Assembly (NCBI GenBank): GCA_041653835.1
Contig: JBAZEP010000003.1
Span: forward strand, 3,812 to 67,811
Source of the DNA: Candidatus Omnitrophota bacterium
Lineage (GTDB): Bacteria; Omnitrophota; Gorgyraeia; Gorgyraeales; Gorgyraeaceae
Direction of reading: 5' to 3'
Length of the DNA stretch: 64,000 nucleotides
Part shown: positions 1 to 8,515 of the stretch, in pieces
How positions within the stretch are numbered: position 1 is the stretch's first letter
Layout: the number at the start of each line of letters is the position of its first letter
Notes under the pieces: generated by a model
What the model was told of the DNA's origin: nothing
Databases searched by the model: none
What the model saw: the letters and a program-made list of their open reading frames with translations, nothing else
Made by a program: the position numbers and the translations under genes

Positions 1-1515
1 AGAAAAACAAAGAAAGAAGCAGCCATCAAAGAAAAAGATGATAAAAAGCAAACAGCCATAGAGAAAACTAAAGAGGCGCAAGATGCACTCACTAGTATTA
101 AAAATACTTTGAAACACACCCTTAACATTAACGACAAGATTAATTGGAATTCTTTATTGGATGAATCTAAATACCCTAAGAACAAGCCTAAAAGTCCAGA
201 ATTATTTACCATGCCAATTGAGCCCCAGAAAAATGACAAAGAATTTACGCCCAAAATAAACTTTATTATATCGTTGTTTTCTAGTTTAAAACAAAAAAGA
301 ATTGGAGAGGCGAATTGTTTATTCGAACGAGCCTATTCTGAATGGAAAATAAAAAAGAACAGTACGGAAGAAAATAATAGAAAATTACTCGAAAAGTATG
401 AAGAAGAAAGTTTGAAATGGCAAGAAGAGGAGAAAAAATATATTGTAAAGAGAGAAGAGAAAAATAAACGAATTTTAGAAAAAAAGGAAAAGTATTTTAG
501 AAAAGATCCAGCTATGATCGCAGAGTATTGTGAAATGATCTTGTCGAATTCGCAATATCCTGATACCTTTCCGCAGGAATTCGATGTTGAATATATACCC
601 GAATCTAAGATTTTGTTAGTAGATTATTTTCTACCAAGCATAGAAGATTTGCCGACATTAAAGGAAGTCAAATATAACATTTCACAAGACCAATTCAAAG
701 AAATACAAATTTCTGAATCAGATTTAAATAAATTATATGATAGCCTCTTATATCAAATAACACTCAGGACAATGCATGAGTTATATGAAGCAGATGTGAT
801 TGATGCTGTCGCCTCAATTATATTCAATGGATATGTTAGATTCATAGATAGCGGCACAGGAAAAGAAGTTTGTGCCTGCATTCTTTCAATTCAAGTGCAA
901 AGAGAAGATTTCTTAAATATTAATCTTGAGAATATTGAACCTAAAGCTTGTTTTAAAGCTTTAAAAGGCATAGGGAGCAGCAAACTTCACGGACTTGCAC
1001 CAATAGCTCCGATTATGAAACTGAACAAAGAAGATAAAAGATTTATAGTGCCATATGAAGTAGCGGGCAAAATTGATGAAGGAACAAATATTGCGGCAAT
1101 GGATTGGCAAGATTTTGAAAACTTAATTAGAGAACTATTTGAAAAAGAATTTGTTCCCGAAGGAGGAGAGGTAAAAATAACTAGAGCAAGTCGAGATGAA
1201 GGTGTAGATGCGGTAATATTTGATCCTGATCCGATTCGTGGTGGCAAGATTGTGATACAGGCTAAAAGGTATACTAATGTAGTTGGGGTTTCAGCTGTTC
1301 GCGATTTATATGGCACAGTTCTTAATGAAGGAGCGATGAAAGGTATTCTTGTTACCACAGCTGATTATGGTCCTGATTCCTATAAATTTGCCCAAGATAA
1401 ACCAATAACTTTATTAAATGGTAACAACCTTTTGCATCTATTGGAAAAGCATGGTCATAAGGCTAAAATTGATATAAGAGAGGCAAAGAAAATTTTAGGT
1501 AAAAAGGTAACTTGA
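1..1515 (+). CDS. Mrr-type restriction endonuclease catalytic-domain protein. A Lys/Glu-rich coiled-coil N-terminal region is fused to a C-terminal Mrr_cat PD-(D/E)xK nuclease domain. The gene is probably 5'-truncated by the window edge.
   Basis: The frame is open from nt 1, and the ORF track starts at TTG 109. The C-terminus (WQDFENLIRELF...GVDAVIFDPD...IVIQAKRYTNVVGVSAVRDLYG...GILVTTADY) matches the Mrr_cat restriction-endonuclease domain pattern (D..D...QCKRY...V..L.G......GI.VTT..F). The gene is AT-rich. Confidence 0.6.
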   Translation, partial: RKTKKEAAIKEKDDKKQTAIEKTKEAQDALTSIKNTLKHTLNINDKINWNSLLDESKYPKNKPKSPELFTMPIEPQKNDKEFTPKINFIISLFSSLKQKRIGEANCLFERAYSEWKIKKNSTEENNRKLLEKYEEESLKWQEEEKKYIVKREEKNKRILEKKEKYFRKDPAMIAEYCEMILSNSQYPDTFPQEFDVEYIPESKILLVDYFLPSIEDLPTLKEVKYNISQDQFKEIQISESDLNKLYDSLLYQITLRTMHELYEADVIDAVASIIFNGYVRFIDSGTGKEVCACILSIQVQREDFLNINLENIEPKACFKALKGIGSSKLHGLAPIAPIMKLNKEDKRFIVPYEVAGKIDEGTNIAAMDWQDFENLIRELFEKEFVPEGGEVKITRASRDEGVDAVIFDPDPIRGGKIVIQAKRYTNVVGVSAVRDLYGTVLNEGAMKGILVTTADYGPDSYKFAQDKPITLLNGNNLLHLLEKHGHKAKIDIREAKKILGKKVT

Positions 1516-1755
1516 TAATGGTAAATATGGACATGTCAAAAAGGGACACACCTATTTGAAGAGTGTCCCCAGATGACACGTCCCCCATAAGTCCCATCTG
1601 GACATCCCTAGTTAGCAAAACGAGTTTCTCGAGATTTCCTTGAGAAAAAGGCTAAGGGCATATTGATTTCATTGAAAGTTGAAAAAGAACATTCCGCTAA
1701 TAGTTGTTAATAGTAACTTCGCTTGTTTTACCTAACAAATTGTATATTTTTTGCT

Positions 1756-1784
1756 TGACATATTAACAATCATTTGCTAAAGTT
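1756..1784 (+). promoter_or_regulatory. sigma70-like promoter TTGACA-N17-TAAAGT upstream of the HTH paralog array
   Basis: Consensus -35 hexamer and a TAnnnT -10, about 40 nt upstream of paralog 1. Confidence 0.5.
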
Positions 1785-1823
1785 TATAGATAATCAAATG
1801 AGATTATAATAAGGAGGGTGCAA

Positions 1824-2105
1824 ATGGAAAGAATATTGCAAAGAATCGATAATAATTTGAAAATTATATTATCAATTCTACTGGAAAAGAAAATAAAGGA
1901 AGGCAACCTTTCGGACCAACAGCAAGTATCTTTTCTTCAGGAAAGAGGATTAGGGATAGCAGAGATAGCTATGGTGCTAGGTAAAACGTCAAATGCTGTG
2001 CGTATTTTACTCACTCGTTTGCGCAAAAAAGGTCAGAAGATTCCTAAAGGAGGAAATCAATGTCAGAAAAAATTCAAGAAAATCAGGAGATACTTAAGAG
2101 ACTAG
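1824..2105 (+). CDS. small HTH protein (sigma-70 region-4 / resolvase-HTH-like), paralog 1 of 5 tandem copies
   Basis: The RBS AAGGAGGG sits 6 nt upstream of the ATG. A C-terminal HTH (GLGIAEIAMVLGKTSNAVRILLTRLRKK) is shared by the four downstream paralogs. The 3' tail overlaps the start of paralog 2. Confidence 0.55.
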   Translation: MERILQRIDNNLKIILSILLEKKIKEGNLSDQQQVSFLQERGLGIAEIAMVLGKTSNAVRILLTRLRKKGQKIPKGGNQCQKKFKKIRRYLRD

Positions 2106-2287
2106 ATATTATTATTAGATTGCTATTGCGGAATATGAAGTCAAAAGAGAGTAATTTATTATTTATGGAACAGATTGGATTGTTAAAGGAGATAGGTTTA
2201 TCTACAGCAGATATCTCTAAAATAACTGGGAAACCGTCAAATTATGTTAGTTCAGTTATTAAGCATTTATCTAAAAAAAGGGGTTAG
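2060..2287 (+). CDS. small HTH protein, paralog 2 of 5
   Basis: RBS AAAGGAGGA; same L.rLD.iI.LL...G....dIA.ilG...n.V pattern as its neighbours. Confidence 0.55.
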   Translation: MSEKIQENQEILKRLDIIIRLLLRNMKSKESNLLFMEQIGLLKEIGLSTADISKITGKPSNYVSSVIKHLSKKRG

Positions 2288-2292
2288 TAGAC

Positions 2293-2499
2293 ATGGAAGA
2301 AAAAAGCCTTTCAGATTTAAGCAAGAAGGTTGATATGGTAATAAAATTAATGATTGCAGGTTTGACTGCGGATAAACAGTTGACTGACCAAGTAAAAATT
2401 CTTGCTTTGGCTGGAATCAAACCTAAAGATATTGCAGATATTCTAGGAACTACTCCAAATACGGTTAGTGTTCTATTGTCAAGAAACAAGAGAAAGTGA
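2293..2499 (+). CDS. small HTH protein, paralog 3 of 5
   Basis: RBS AAAGGGG; HTH motif IADILGTTPNTVSVLLSRNKRK. Confidence 0.55.
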   Translation: MEEKSLSDLSKKVDMVIKLMIAGLTADKQLTDQVKILALAGIKPKDIADILGTTPNTVSVLLSRNKRK

Positions 2500-2508
2500 G
2501 AGGAGAAT

Positions 2509-2763
2509 ATGGAAAAGAAAAAGCCTAAAAGTAATCCGCAAGATGATTCAGTAGATATGACTAAAGTGCTTCTTGAACGATTGATAGTTATTAGTGAAAA
2601 CTCAATGATCGTAAATCTTGCCCTAAAGGGTATTCCTCATCAACAGATCAGAAAAATGGCACAATGCGATATGCGACGAATAACAAGATTATTAAAACCA
2701 GTTAATAAATATATTAAGAAATTTGTTGCCGAGAACGGGACTATAATAGATAAGGAGAAATAA
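2509..2763 (+). CDS. small HTH-like protein, paralog 4 of 5 (most divergent)
   Basis: RBS GAGGAG. It shares the N-terminal L..LI.I and Q.I.....G pattern, but the HTH is degenerate. Confidence 0.5.
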   Translation: MEKKKPKSNPQDDSVDMTKVLLERLIVISENSMIVNLALKGIPHQQIRKMAQCDMRRITRLLKPVNKYIKKFVAENGTIIDKEK

Positions 2764-2764
2764 T

Positions 2765-2980
2765 ATGTCTAAAGATGATGAAATATTACAAAAGTTAGAT
2801 TTGGTCATCAAATTGTTAGGGATAATAGCCACACAGGCAGATCTGTCAAAAAAACTACAACGAGAACAAATTGTTATCCTGGATAAGCACGGTTTTAGAA
2901 ATAAAGATATTGCAAATATTTTTGGGATTAAAGCACAACAAGTAAACAATGCATTATTAGGTAATAAAAAAAGAAAATGA
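2765..2980 (+). CDS. small HTH protein, paralog 5 of 5
   Basis: RBS AAGGAGA; LQKLDLVIKLL...KDIANIFGIKAQQVNNALLGNKKRK. Confidence 0.55.
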   Translation: MSKDDEILQKLDLVIKLLGIIATQADLSKKLQREQIVILDKHGFRNKDIANIFGIKAQQVNNALLGNKKRK

Positions 2981-4038
2981 TTTTTAAGGGGAAAAAATAT
3001 AAAATTGCAATGCTATTAGGCGCTGGAGCGACTAGGGGAGCATTGAGGGGTGTGTCAAGGCCAGTTATAAGAGCCCCATTAAATAAAGATTTTTTTGAAG
3101 TCGCTAAGAGATTTATTTCTTGCCCAGAAGGTAGAAGATATAAAAATTGTTTTATTCGTGTAAGCAAATTTATTTCTGATCAAATGATGCCGTTTAACAA
3201 AAGGCATCCAACTATGGAAGAAGTTTTTAGCACACTTTTTATGTCTAAAGATTTGCCTGTTATCTTTAAAACAGGAAGGGGTAGAATAAGGAAGGAAGGT
3301 TTTAGGCCTGAAATTAGAGATTTTTTAGTTTTGCTAATTGCTATATTTAGATTTCTTCAAATGAATTTAAAACACAAAGATAACATAGACCATTATGCAA
3401 GATTAGTTGCAAAGTTGGAAGAGGGAGATAGCATTATTACTTTGAATTATGATACTTTAGTAGATAATGCCTTGTTGGGTGTTGGATGGAGACCAGAAAA
3501 TGGCTATGGATTCAACGCTTCTTCTAAAATAATCTATAGTAATTTAAGGGCTGTGAAAAGAAGATTTAAAAATGTTTATCTTTTAAAACCACATGGGTCT
3601 CTAAATTGGTTTGCAAGAGGTAAAATTTCTAATCTTGAAGAAACATTGAGTAGGAAAAATGTTTCAAGGATTGATATTGCAAATGCTCCGCGGCTATATA
3701 CTTTAAAGCAAGATAAGTATGTAAGATTTTTTATTCCCCCTCTTTATACAAAATTTTTCAATAATGATTTCTGGAGATATCTTTGGCATGAATCTTATTT
3801 GAGATTAAAGAATTGTAATTGTTTAATAATAATAGGTTGTTCGTTGATTACAACTGACTATCATTTACGAGCGATACTTTCAAAAGTATTAAAAAGTAAG
3901 AAAAAGTTTAAGAAAATTATCATAGTTGACAAAAATCTAAAAGTAGTGGGTAACCTAAAGAAATTTTTTAGAGGTGCTAGTTTTTCTGGTTGTGAAACAT
4001 ACAATACATTTACGGAATACATAGAAAGTTTAAATTAA
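2977..4038 (+). CDS. SIR2-like (SIR2_2/DUF4020-type) domain protein, candidate NADase defence effector
   Basis: Motifs LLGAGATRGA (glycine-rich NAD-binding), TLNYDTLVDN (TNYD motif) and LLKPHGSLNWF (HG catalytic motif) match defence-associated SIR2_2 proteins. Its start overlaps the stop of HTH paralog 5. Confidence 0.6.
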   Translation: MIFKGKKYKIAMLLGAGATRGALRGVSRPVIRAPLNKDFFEVAKRFISCPEGRRYKNCFIRVSKFISDQMMPFNKRHPTMEEVFSTLFMSKDLPVIFKTGRGRIRKEGFRPEIRDFLVLLIAIFRFLQMNLKHKDNIDHYARLVAKLEEGDSIITLNYDTLVDNALLGVGWRPENGYGFNASSKIIYSNLRAVKRRFKNVYLLKPHGSLNWFARGKISNLEETLSRKNVSRIDIANAPRLYTLKQDKYVRFFIPPLYTKFFNNDFWRYLWHESYLRLKNCNCLIIIGCSLITTDYHLRAILSKVLKSKKKFKKIIIVDKNLKVVGNLKKFFRGASFSGCETYNTFTEYIESLN

Positions 4039-4067
4039 CCAAGTTTATAAAGAATTATGTTAATTTT

Positions 4068-4769
4068 TTGCAAATGCCCAAGAACAGATTAAGCAAAAAA
4101 CTTTTATTAAAAGTTGCTAGTAAGTCTAAACATAAACTTAAATACGTAAGAGAACAAATAAGTAAACGAGCGAGTAGGTTGAGCATTAATGCAGAAGCAG
4201 CTCTGATCCTTTGGGCAAAAGAATTAGGCATAGGGACAGCCGCATTTCAACATTCTTTACCTCCTCATATCCAGTTAGACATTAGAAATAGTTTGTCATC
4301 ACCAGCTGGGCATATTAAGAGCGGGAGAGTATTAAAATCAAAGCGTAATTTAAATATGGTATCCAGTAAATCATTGATTAATATAGACGACTTAATTCAG
4401 GATGATGAGCTTCGCAATAGATGCAAAGATTTATTAATGGCTAAAGATAAGTTTGATCGAGTGATTAGAGAAGCAACGACAGTATTAGATCATCGAATTA
4501 AAAAGGCGGGAGGTTTGAAAAATATAAATCCAGTAGATGCTGTTGGTAAAGTATTAAATCCAGATCCCAATAAAGCCATTCTTAAAATAAGTGAAGAAAA
4601 GTCCTTACAGGAAGGGTTCTTTTCTATATGCAAAGGGCTAATGTTGGCTTTCCGTGATCCAGCACATCATGAGATTACTGATAATTTTAGCAGGGAAGAG
4701 GCAATAAAGTTTTGTGGTTTAGTAGATATTGTTTTGGGAGCTATCTCGAAATCAAGTAAAATAACTTAA
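4068..4769 (+). CDS. HEPN-like (TIGR02391/Abi-type) domain protein
   Basis: The C-terminal region carries an Rx4H-type motif (FRDPAHHE) in a helical context resembling Abi/HEPN RNase families. The gene sits immediately downstream of the SIR2 gene in the AT-rich island. Confidence 0.45.
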   Translation: MQMPKNRLSKKLLLKVASKSKHKLKYVREQISKRASRLSINAEAALILWAKELGIGTAAFQHSLPPHIQLDIRNSLSSPAGHIKSGRVLKSKRNLNMVSSKSLINIDDLIQDDELRNRCKDLLMAKDKFDRVIREATTVLDHRIKKAGGLKNINPVDAVGKVLNPDPNKAILKISEEKSLQEGFFSICKGLMLAFRDPAHHEITDNFSREEAIKFCGLVDIVLGAISKSSKIT

Positions 4770-5001
4770 TGGTTCTGTAGATATGAACTTAAAACTTCAG
4801 CAGTTCCGCAGGTTTTGATTTCGATGTTTTACCAGCCCTAGCAGGTTTGAGAAAAGCTTTTTGTTTTGCGGGACATAAGATATTGCATTGCTGGGATGTT
4901 GCCTGTCAAAACAAAACAGAGCGAAGCCCACATTACCAAATAATCCATCTTTTGGTTGAGCGTCTTTTCGAAAGCCTGACAGGGATGGCAAAAACACCTT
5001 A

Positions 5002-5044
5002 ACCGCGTAGGATGCCTACGGTAACCTACGCGGTTTTTCTTTTT
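5002..5044 (+). terminator. intrinsic terminator (10-bp stem ACCGCGTAGG/CCTACGCGGT + TTTTCTTTTT)
   Basis: Perfect stem with a 13-nt loop and a T-run, in the non-coding zone after the AT-rich island. Confidence 0.75.
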
Positions 5045-5153
5045 CATTGACACTTTTATAATTTCTGGTAAGATATAGGTACAATTTACTTCAAAAGCGC
5101 GACTGGCGATGCATGCATGGGAAACCATGAGGGAGCGCGAATACGCAAAATCG

Positions 5154-5192
5154 AACGCCTGGGTTTTAAGAATCCAGGCGTTTATTGTTTTT
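5154..5192 (+). terminator. intrinsic terminator (9-bp stem AACGCCTGG/CCAGGCGTT + TATTGTTTTT), 3' end of a candidate small RNA
   Basis: Hairpin plus T-tract about 100 nt downstream of the promoter-like TTGACA at 5046. No ORF lies between them. Confidence 0.65.
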
Positions 5193-5211
5193 GGCCCTTG
5201 ACATTTTGCCC

Positions 5212-5490
5212 ATGAATTCAGGATATTACTTTTATATCTTAGTATGTAGCGATGGTTCTAAATATTATGGCCATACAAATAATTTAGCGAAACGTTTTTC
5301 ATATCATTCAAAAGGATGTGTTTCCTCTACAAAAAGCAAGCGGCCGGTAAAGTTGGTTTATTATGAGGAATTTAATTCCCGGCCAGAAGCTTTTAGAAGA
5401 GAAATGCAGTTTAAAAACGGCAGGACAAGAAAAGAGACTATAGAAAACCTAATAAACTCTTTCGACATGGGCAAAATGTCAAGGGTTTAA
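5212..5490 (+). CDS. GIY-YIG nuclease superfamily protein (YhbQ/UPF0213-like), copy 1
   Basis: [30 protein letters not shown]...[11 protein letters not shown]...[11 protein letters not shown] matches the GIY-YIG motif. The track ORF starts at TTG 5185; the ATG is at 5212. Confidence 0.7.
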   Translation: MNSGYYFYILVCSDGSKYYGHTNNLAKRFSYHSKGCVSSTKSKRPVKLVYYEEFNSRPEAFRREMQFKNGRTRKETIENLINSFDMGKMSRV

Positions 5491-5566
5491 TTCGCAGACG
5501 GCCTTCGGCCTACAAGTTACGTCGCTACGCTCCATAACTTGTCTGCTCATTAAAGGAGACTATTAT

Positions 5567-7777
5567 ATGTTCACACGCGGACGTTGGGACAAAACAATAG
5601 ATATAAGGGATTTTATTAATAGGAATTATAAGCCGTATGACGGGGATGAGTCATTTTTGTGCGGGCCTACAGCCAGGACCAAAAAACTCTGGCAGGAATG
5701 CCTTACGCTTTTCAAGAAAGAGCACGATAAAGGCGGGGTTTTTGATATCGACGTATCAACTGTATCGACTATCACAAGCCACAAGCCCGGTTATATAGAT
5801 AAGAAGCTTGAGATCATTAAGGGACTGCAGACCGATAAGCCGCTTAAAAGGGCGATAAAGCCGCTGGGCGGCATACGCATGGTGGAGCAGGCCTGCGAGG
5901 ACTATGGGTATGAACTGGATAATAAGATCAAAGAGATATATTTAAAATATCGCAAGACGCATAATGACGGTGTGTTCGATTCTTATACCACGGATATATT
6001 AAGGGCCAGGCGCACAGGACTTATTACAGGCCTGCCGGATAATTATTCAAGGGGAAGGATAATAGGCGATTATAGACGCGTGGCGCTCTACGGCATAGAA
6101 AAGCTTATTAAAGCGAAAAAACATGATAAGGAGCTATTAGAGGATTATTCTTCCCAGGAGGCAGTAAAGTTAAGGGAAGAGATAGCTGACCAGATAGGAG
6201 CCTTGGAAGATATTATAAAATTAGGTAGCTCCTACGGCTTTGACCTGACAAGGCCGGCGGAAGACGCGAAAGAAGCTTTCCAATGGGTTTATCTGGCTTA
6301 TCTCGCGGCCATAAAGGAACAGGACGGGGCAGCAATGAGCCTTGGAAGCGTGAGTAATTTCTTTGATATATACATTGAAAGAGATATTAACCTGGGAAAA
6401 TTGACTGAAGAAAAGGCTCAGGAACTGGTGGATGACTTTGTGATAAAACTGCGCATGGTGCGGCACTTAAGGCCAAAATCATATGATGAGATATTCGCGG
6501 GCGATCCGGTATGGATAACAGAGAGTATAGCGGGGATAGGTATAGACGGCAGGCACAAGGTCACAAAGACATCTTACAGGTTCTTACAGACTTTATACAA
6601 CCTGGGGCCTGCTCCTGAGCCGAATCTTACGGTTTTGTGGTCATCCCGGCTTCCTGAGAATTTTAAGAGATTCTGCGCGAAAGTTTCCATTACCACGAGC
6701 TCTATCCAGTATGAGAATGATGACCTGATGCGCTCCATAGGCGGGGATGATTACAGTATTTCATGCTGTGTGTCGCTTTTAAAGAACGGAAGTGAGATGC
6801 AGTATTTCGGGGCGAGATGTAATCTCGCGAAGGTATTGCTCTACGCGCTAAATGAGGGAAGGGATGAGATCACAGGAGAAACAGTTGTCCCGGGCATAGC
6901 GCCTATAAGTTCTGAGCCACTAGACCATGATGAGGTAAAAGAGCGTTTTATGCAGGTCCTGCGCTGGACCACGAGGACATATGTCCAGGCGCTTAATATC
7001 ATCCATTCAGTGCATGATACGTATTATTACGAACGCTCGCAGATGGCTTTACTTAATACGGAACTCACGCGTTATATGGCATTCGGCATAGCCGGCTTGT
7101 CTGTAGTGGCTGATTCTTTAAGCGCTATACGTTACGCCAAAGTCAGCGCTATACGCAATAATAAAGGCCTTACAACGGATTTTAAGATCAAGGGAGATTT
7201 TTACGCATTTGGGAATGATGATGACAGGGTGGATGGGAGAGTCGTGGACCTCGTTACCACGTTCCTCTCTGAGATCAAAAAACATAAATTTTACAGGGAT
7301 TCTCTTCCCGCGGTTTCTATCCTTACAATTACTTCGAACGTAATGTATGGCAAGAAAACAGGCGCTACCCCTGACGGAAGGAAAAAAGGCGAACCTTTTG
7401 CCCCAGGCGCGAATCCCATGCACGGCAGGGATAAAAACGGGATAGTGGCATCTTTAAATTCCGTAGCGAGTATCCCTTATTCCGAATGCAGGGATGGTAT
7501 ATCGAACACATTTACCACTGTGCCGGATACATTGGGGAAGACTAAGGACGAGCGGATAACGAACCTCGCGGGTTTACTCGAAGGATATTTTATTAAAGGC
7601 GCACAGCACTTGAATGTCAATGTGATAGATAAGGCGACGCTTAAAGACGCGATGAAGCATCCGCATAAATATCCGCAGTTAACTATCCGCGTGTCAGGAT
7701 ACGCTGTTCATTTTAATAAGTTGTCAGGTGAACAGCAGAGAGAGGTCCTGGCAAGGACATTTCATGAAAGCATGTAA
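5567..7777 (+). CDS. pflB: formate C-acetyltransferase (pyruvate formate-lyase)
   Basis: The N-terminus ([20 protein letters not shown]) and the C-terminal glycyl-radical motif (RVSGYAVHF) are both present; the protein is 736 aa. Confidence 0.95.
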   Translation: MFTRGRWDKTIDIRDFINRNYKPYDGDESFLCGPTARTKKLWQECLTLFKKEHDKGGVFDIDVSTVSTITSHKPGYIDKKLEIIKGLQTDKPLKRAIKPLGGIRMVEQACEDYGYELDNKIKEIYLKYRKTHNDGVFDSYTTDILRARRTGLITGLPDNYSRGRIIGDYRRVALYGIEKLIKAKKHDKELLEDYSSQEAVKLREEIADQIGALEDIIKLGSSYGFDLTRPAEDAKEAFQWVYLAYLAAIKEQDGAAMSLGSVSNFFDIYIERDINLGKLTEEKAQELVDDFVIKLRMVRHLRPKSYDEIFAGDPVWITESIAGIGIDGRHKVTKTSYRFLQTLYNLGPAPEPNLTVLWSSRLPENFKRFCAKVSITTSSIQYENDDLMRSIGGDDYSISCCVSLLKNGSEMQYFGARCNLAKVLLYALNEGRDEITGETVVPGIAPISSEPLDHDEVKERFMQVLRWTTRTYVQALNIIHSVHDTYYYERSQMALLNTELTRYMAFGIAGLSVVADSLSAIRYAKVSAIRNNKGLTTDFKIKGDFYAFGNDDDRVDGRVVDLVTTFLSEIKKHKFYRDSLPAVSILTITSNVMYGKKTGATPDGRKKGEPFAPGANPMHGRDKNGIVASLNSVASIPYSECRDGISNTFTTVPDTLGKTKDERITNLAGLLEGYFIKGAQHLNVNVIDKATLKDAMKHPHKYPQLTIRVSGYAVHFNKLSGEQQREVLARTFHESM

Positions 7778-8504
7778 GAAAAACTCTATAGCTGGAAGGG
7801 TCCATTCAATAGAAAGTTTCGCGACACAGGATGGGCCGGGCATACGTTTCCTTGTGTTTTTGCAGGGATGTAGCGCAAGGTGCCTTTATTGCCAGAATCC
7901 TGATACTTGGGAGCTGAAGTCCGGGTTTGATATGAGTCCGGAAGAGGTGCTTGAAAAAGTAAAGCGCTGTATGCCGTATATAAGAGCATCCAAAGGAGGC
8001 ATTACTGTTTCAGGAGGGGAGCCGCTTTTACAAATAGATTTCTTGATAAAACTGTTTAAACTCTGTAAACTGAATGATATTCATACAGCGGTTGATACGA
8101 GCGCTTTTTTTAATAAGCCCGACAGGAAACTTGTAGAAAAACTCATCGCGCTTACAGACCTTTTTATCGTAGATATAAAGGCCGCGCGCGCGAGTCTCCA
8201 TAAAAAGATAACATCAAGAGAATTAAGCGAGGTCATGGAGTTTTTAAACATCCTTGAGTCAAAGAAAACGCATTACTGGTTAAGGTATGTGCTTGTGCCG
8301 AAATTAAATGATTCAAAAAAAGATATGGAGGCGCTAAAAAAGATCCTCGCAAGGCTAAAGTTTTGCGAAAAATTCGAATTCCTTCCATATCATACTCTCG
8401 GCAAACATAAATGGGAATATATGAAACTCAAATATCCCTTGCGCAATACGCGTCCGGCAACTTCGCAGGATATAAAAAGAGCTCAACTCGCGTTAAATAA
8501 ATAG
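7764..8504 (+). CDS. pflA: pyruvate formate-lyase activating enzyme (radical SAM)
   Basis: [11 protein letters not shown] radical-SAM CxxxCxxC motif is present. The gene overlaps the pflB stop codon. Confidence 0.9.
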   Translation: MKACKKNSIAGRVHSIESFATQDGPGIRFLVFLQGCSARCLYCQNPDTWELKSGFDMSPEEVLEKVKRCMPYIRASKGGITVSGGEPLLQIDFLIKLFKLCKLNDIHTAVDTSAFFNKPDRKLVEKLIALTDLFIVDIKAARASLHKKITSRELSEVMEFLNILESKKTHYWLRYVLVPKLNDSKKDMEALKKILARLKFCEKFEFLPYHTLGKHKWEYMKLKYPLRNTRPATSQDIKRAQLALNK

Positions 8505-8515
8505 AAAGGATAATT

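Noticed and set aside
1543-1569. GGGACAC...GTGTCCC hairpin after the Mrr-type gene as a terminator
   Set aside because: The 7-bp stem has no following T-tract; too weak to call a terminator, although it may still be structured.
1824-2105. Paralog 1 as a longer fusion protein reading into paralog 2
   Set aside because: The 3' 46 nt overlap paralog 2 in a different frame. The conserved HTH ends at ...RLRKKGQK, as in the other paralogs, so the tail is probably incidental read-through before the first stop.
4860-5000. SRP RNA, RNase P RNA, tmRNA or 6S RNA in the structured non-coding region
   Set aside because: None of the conserved cores is present: GGAAGCAGCCAAGG (SRP domain IV), AGGAAAGTCCGGGCTC (RNase P) or GGGGCTGATTCTGGATTCGAC (tmRNA).
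4797-5128. Minus-strand ORFs (66 aa and 96 aa) in the non-coding junction
   Set aside because: They have no RBS, no homology signal and unusual composition, and they overlap strong + strand terminator hairpins. More likely non-coding.
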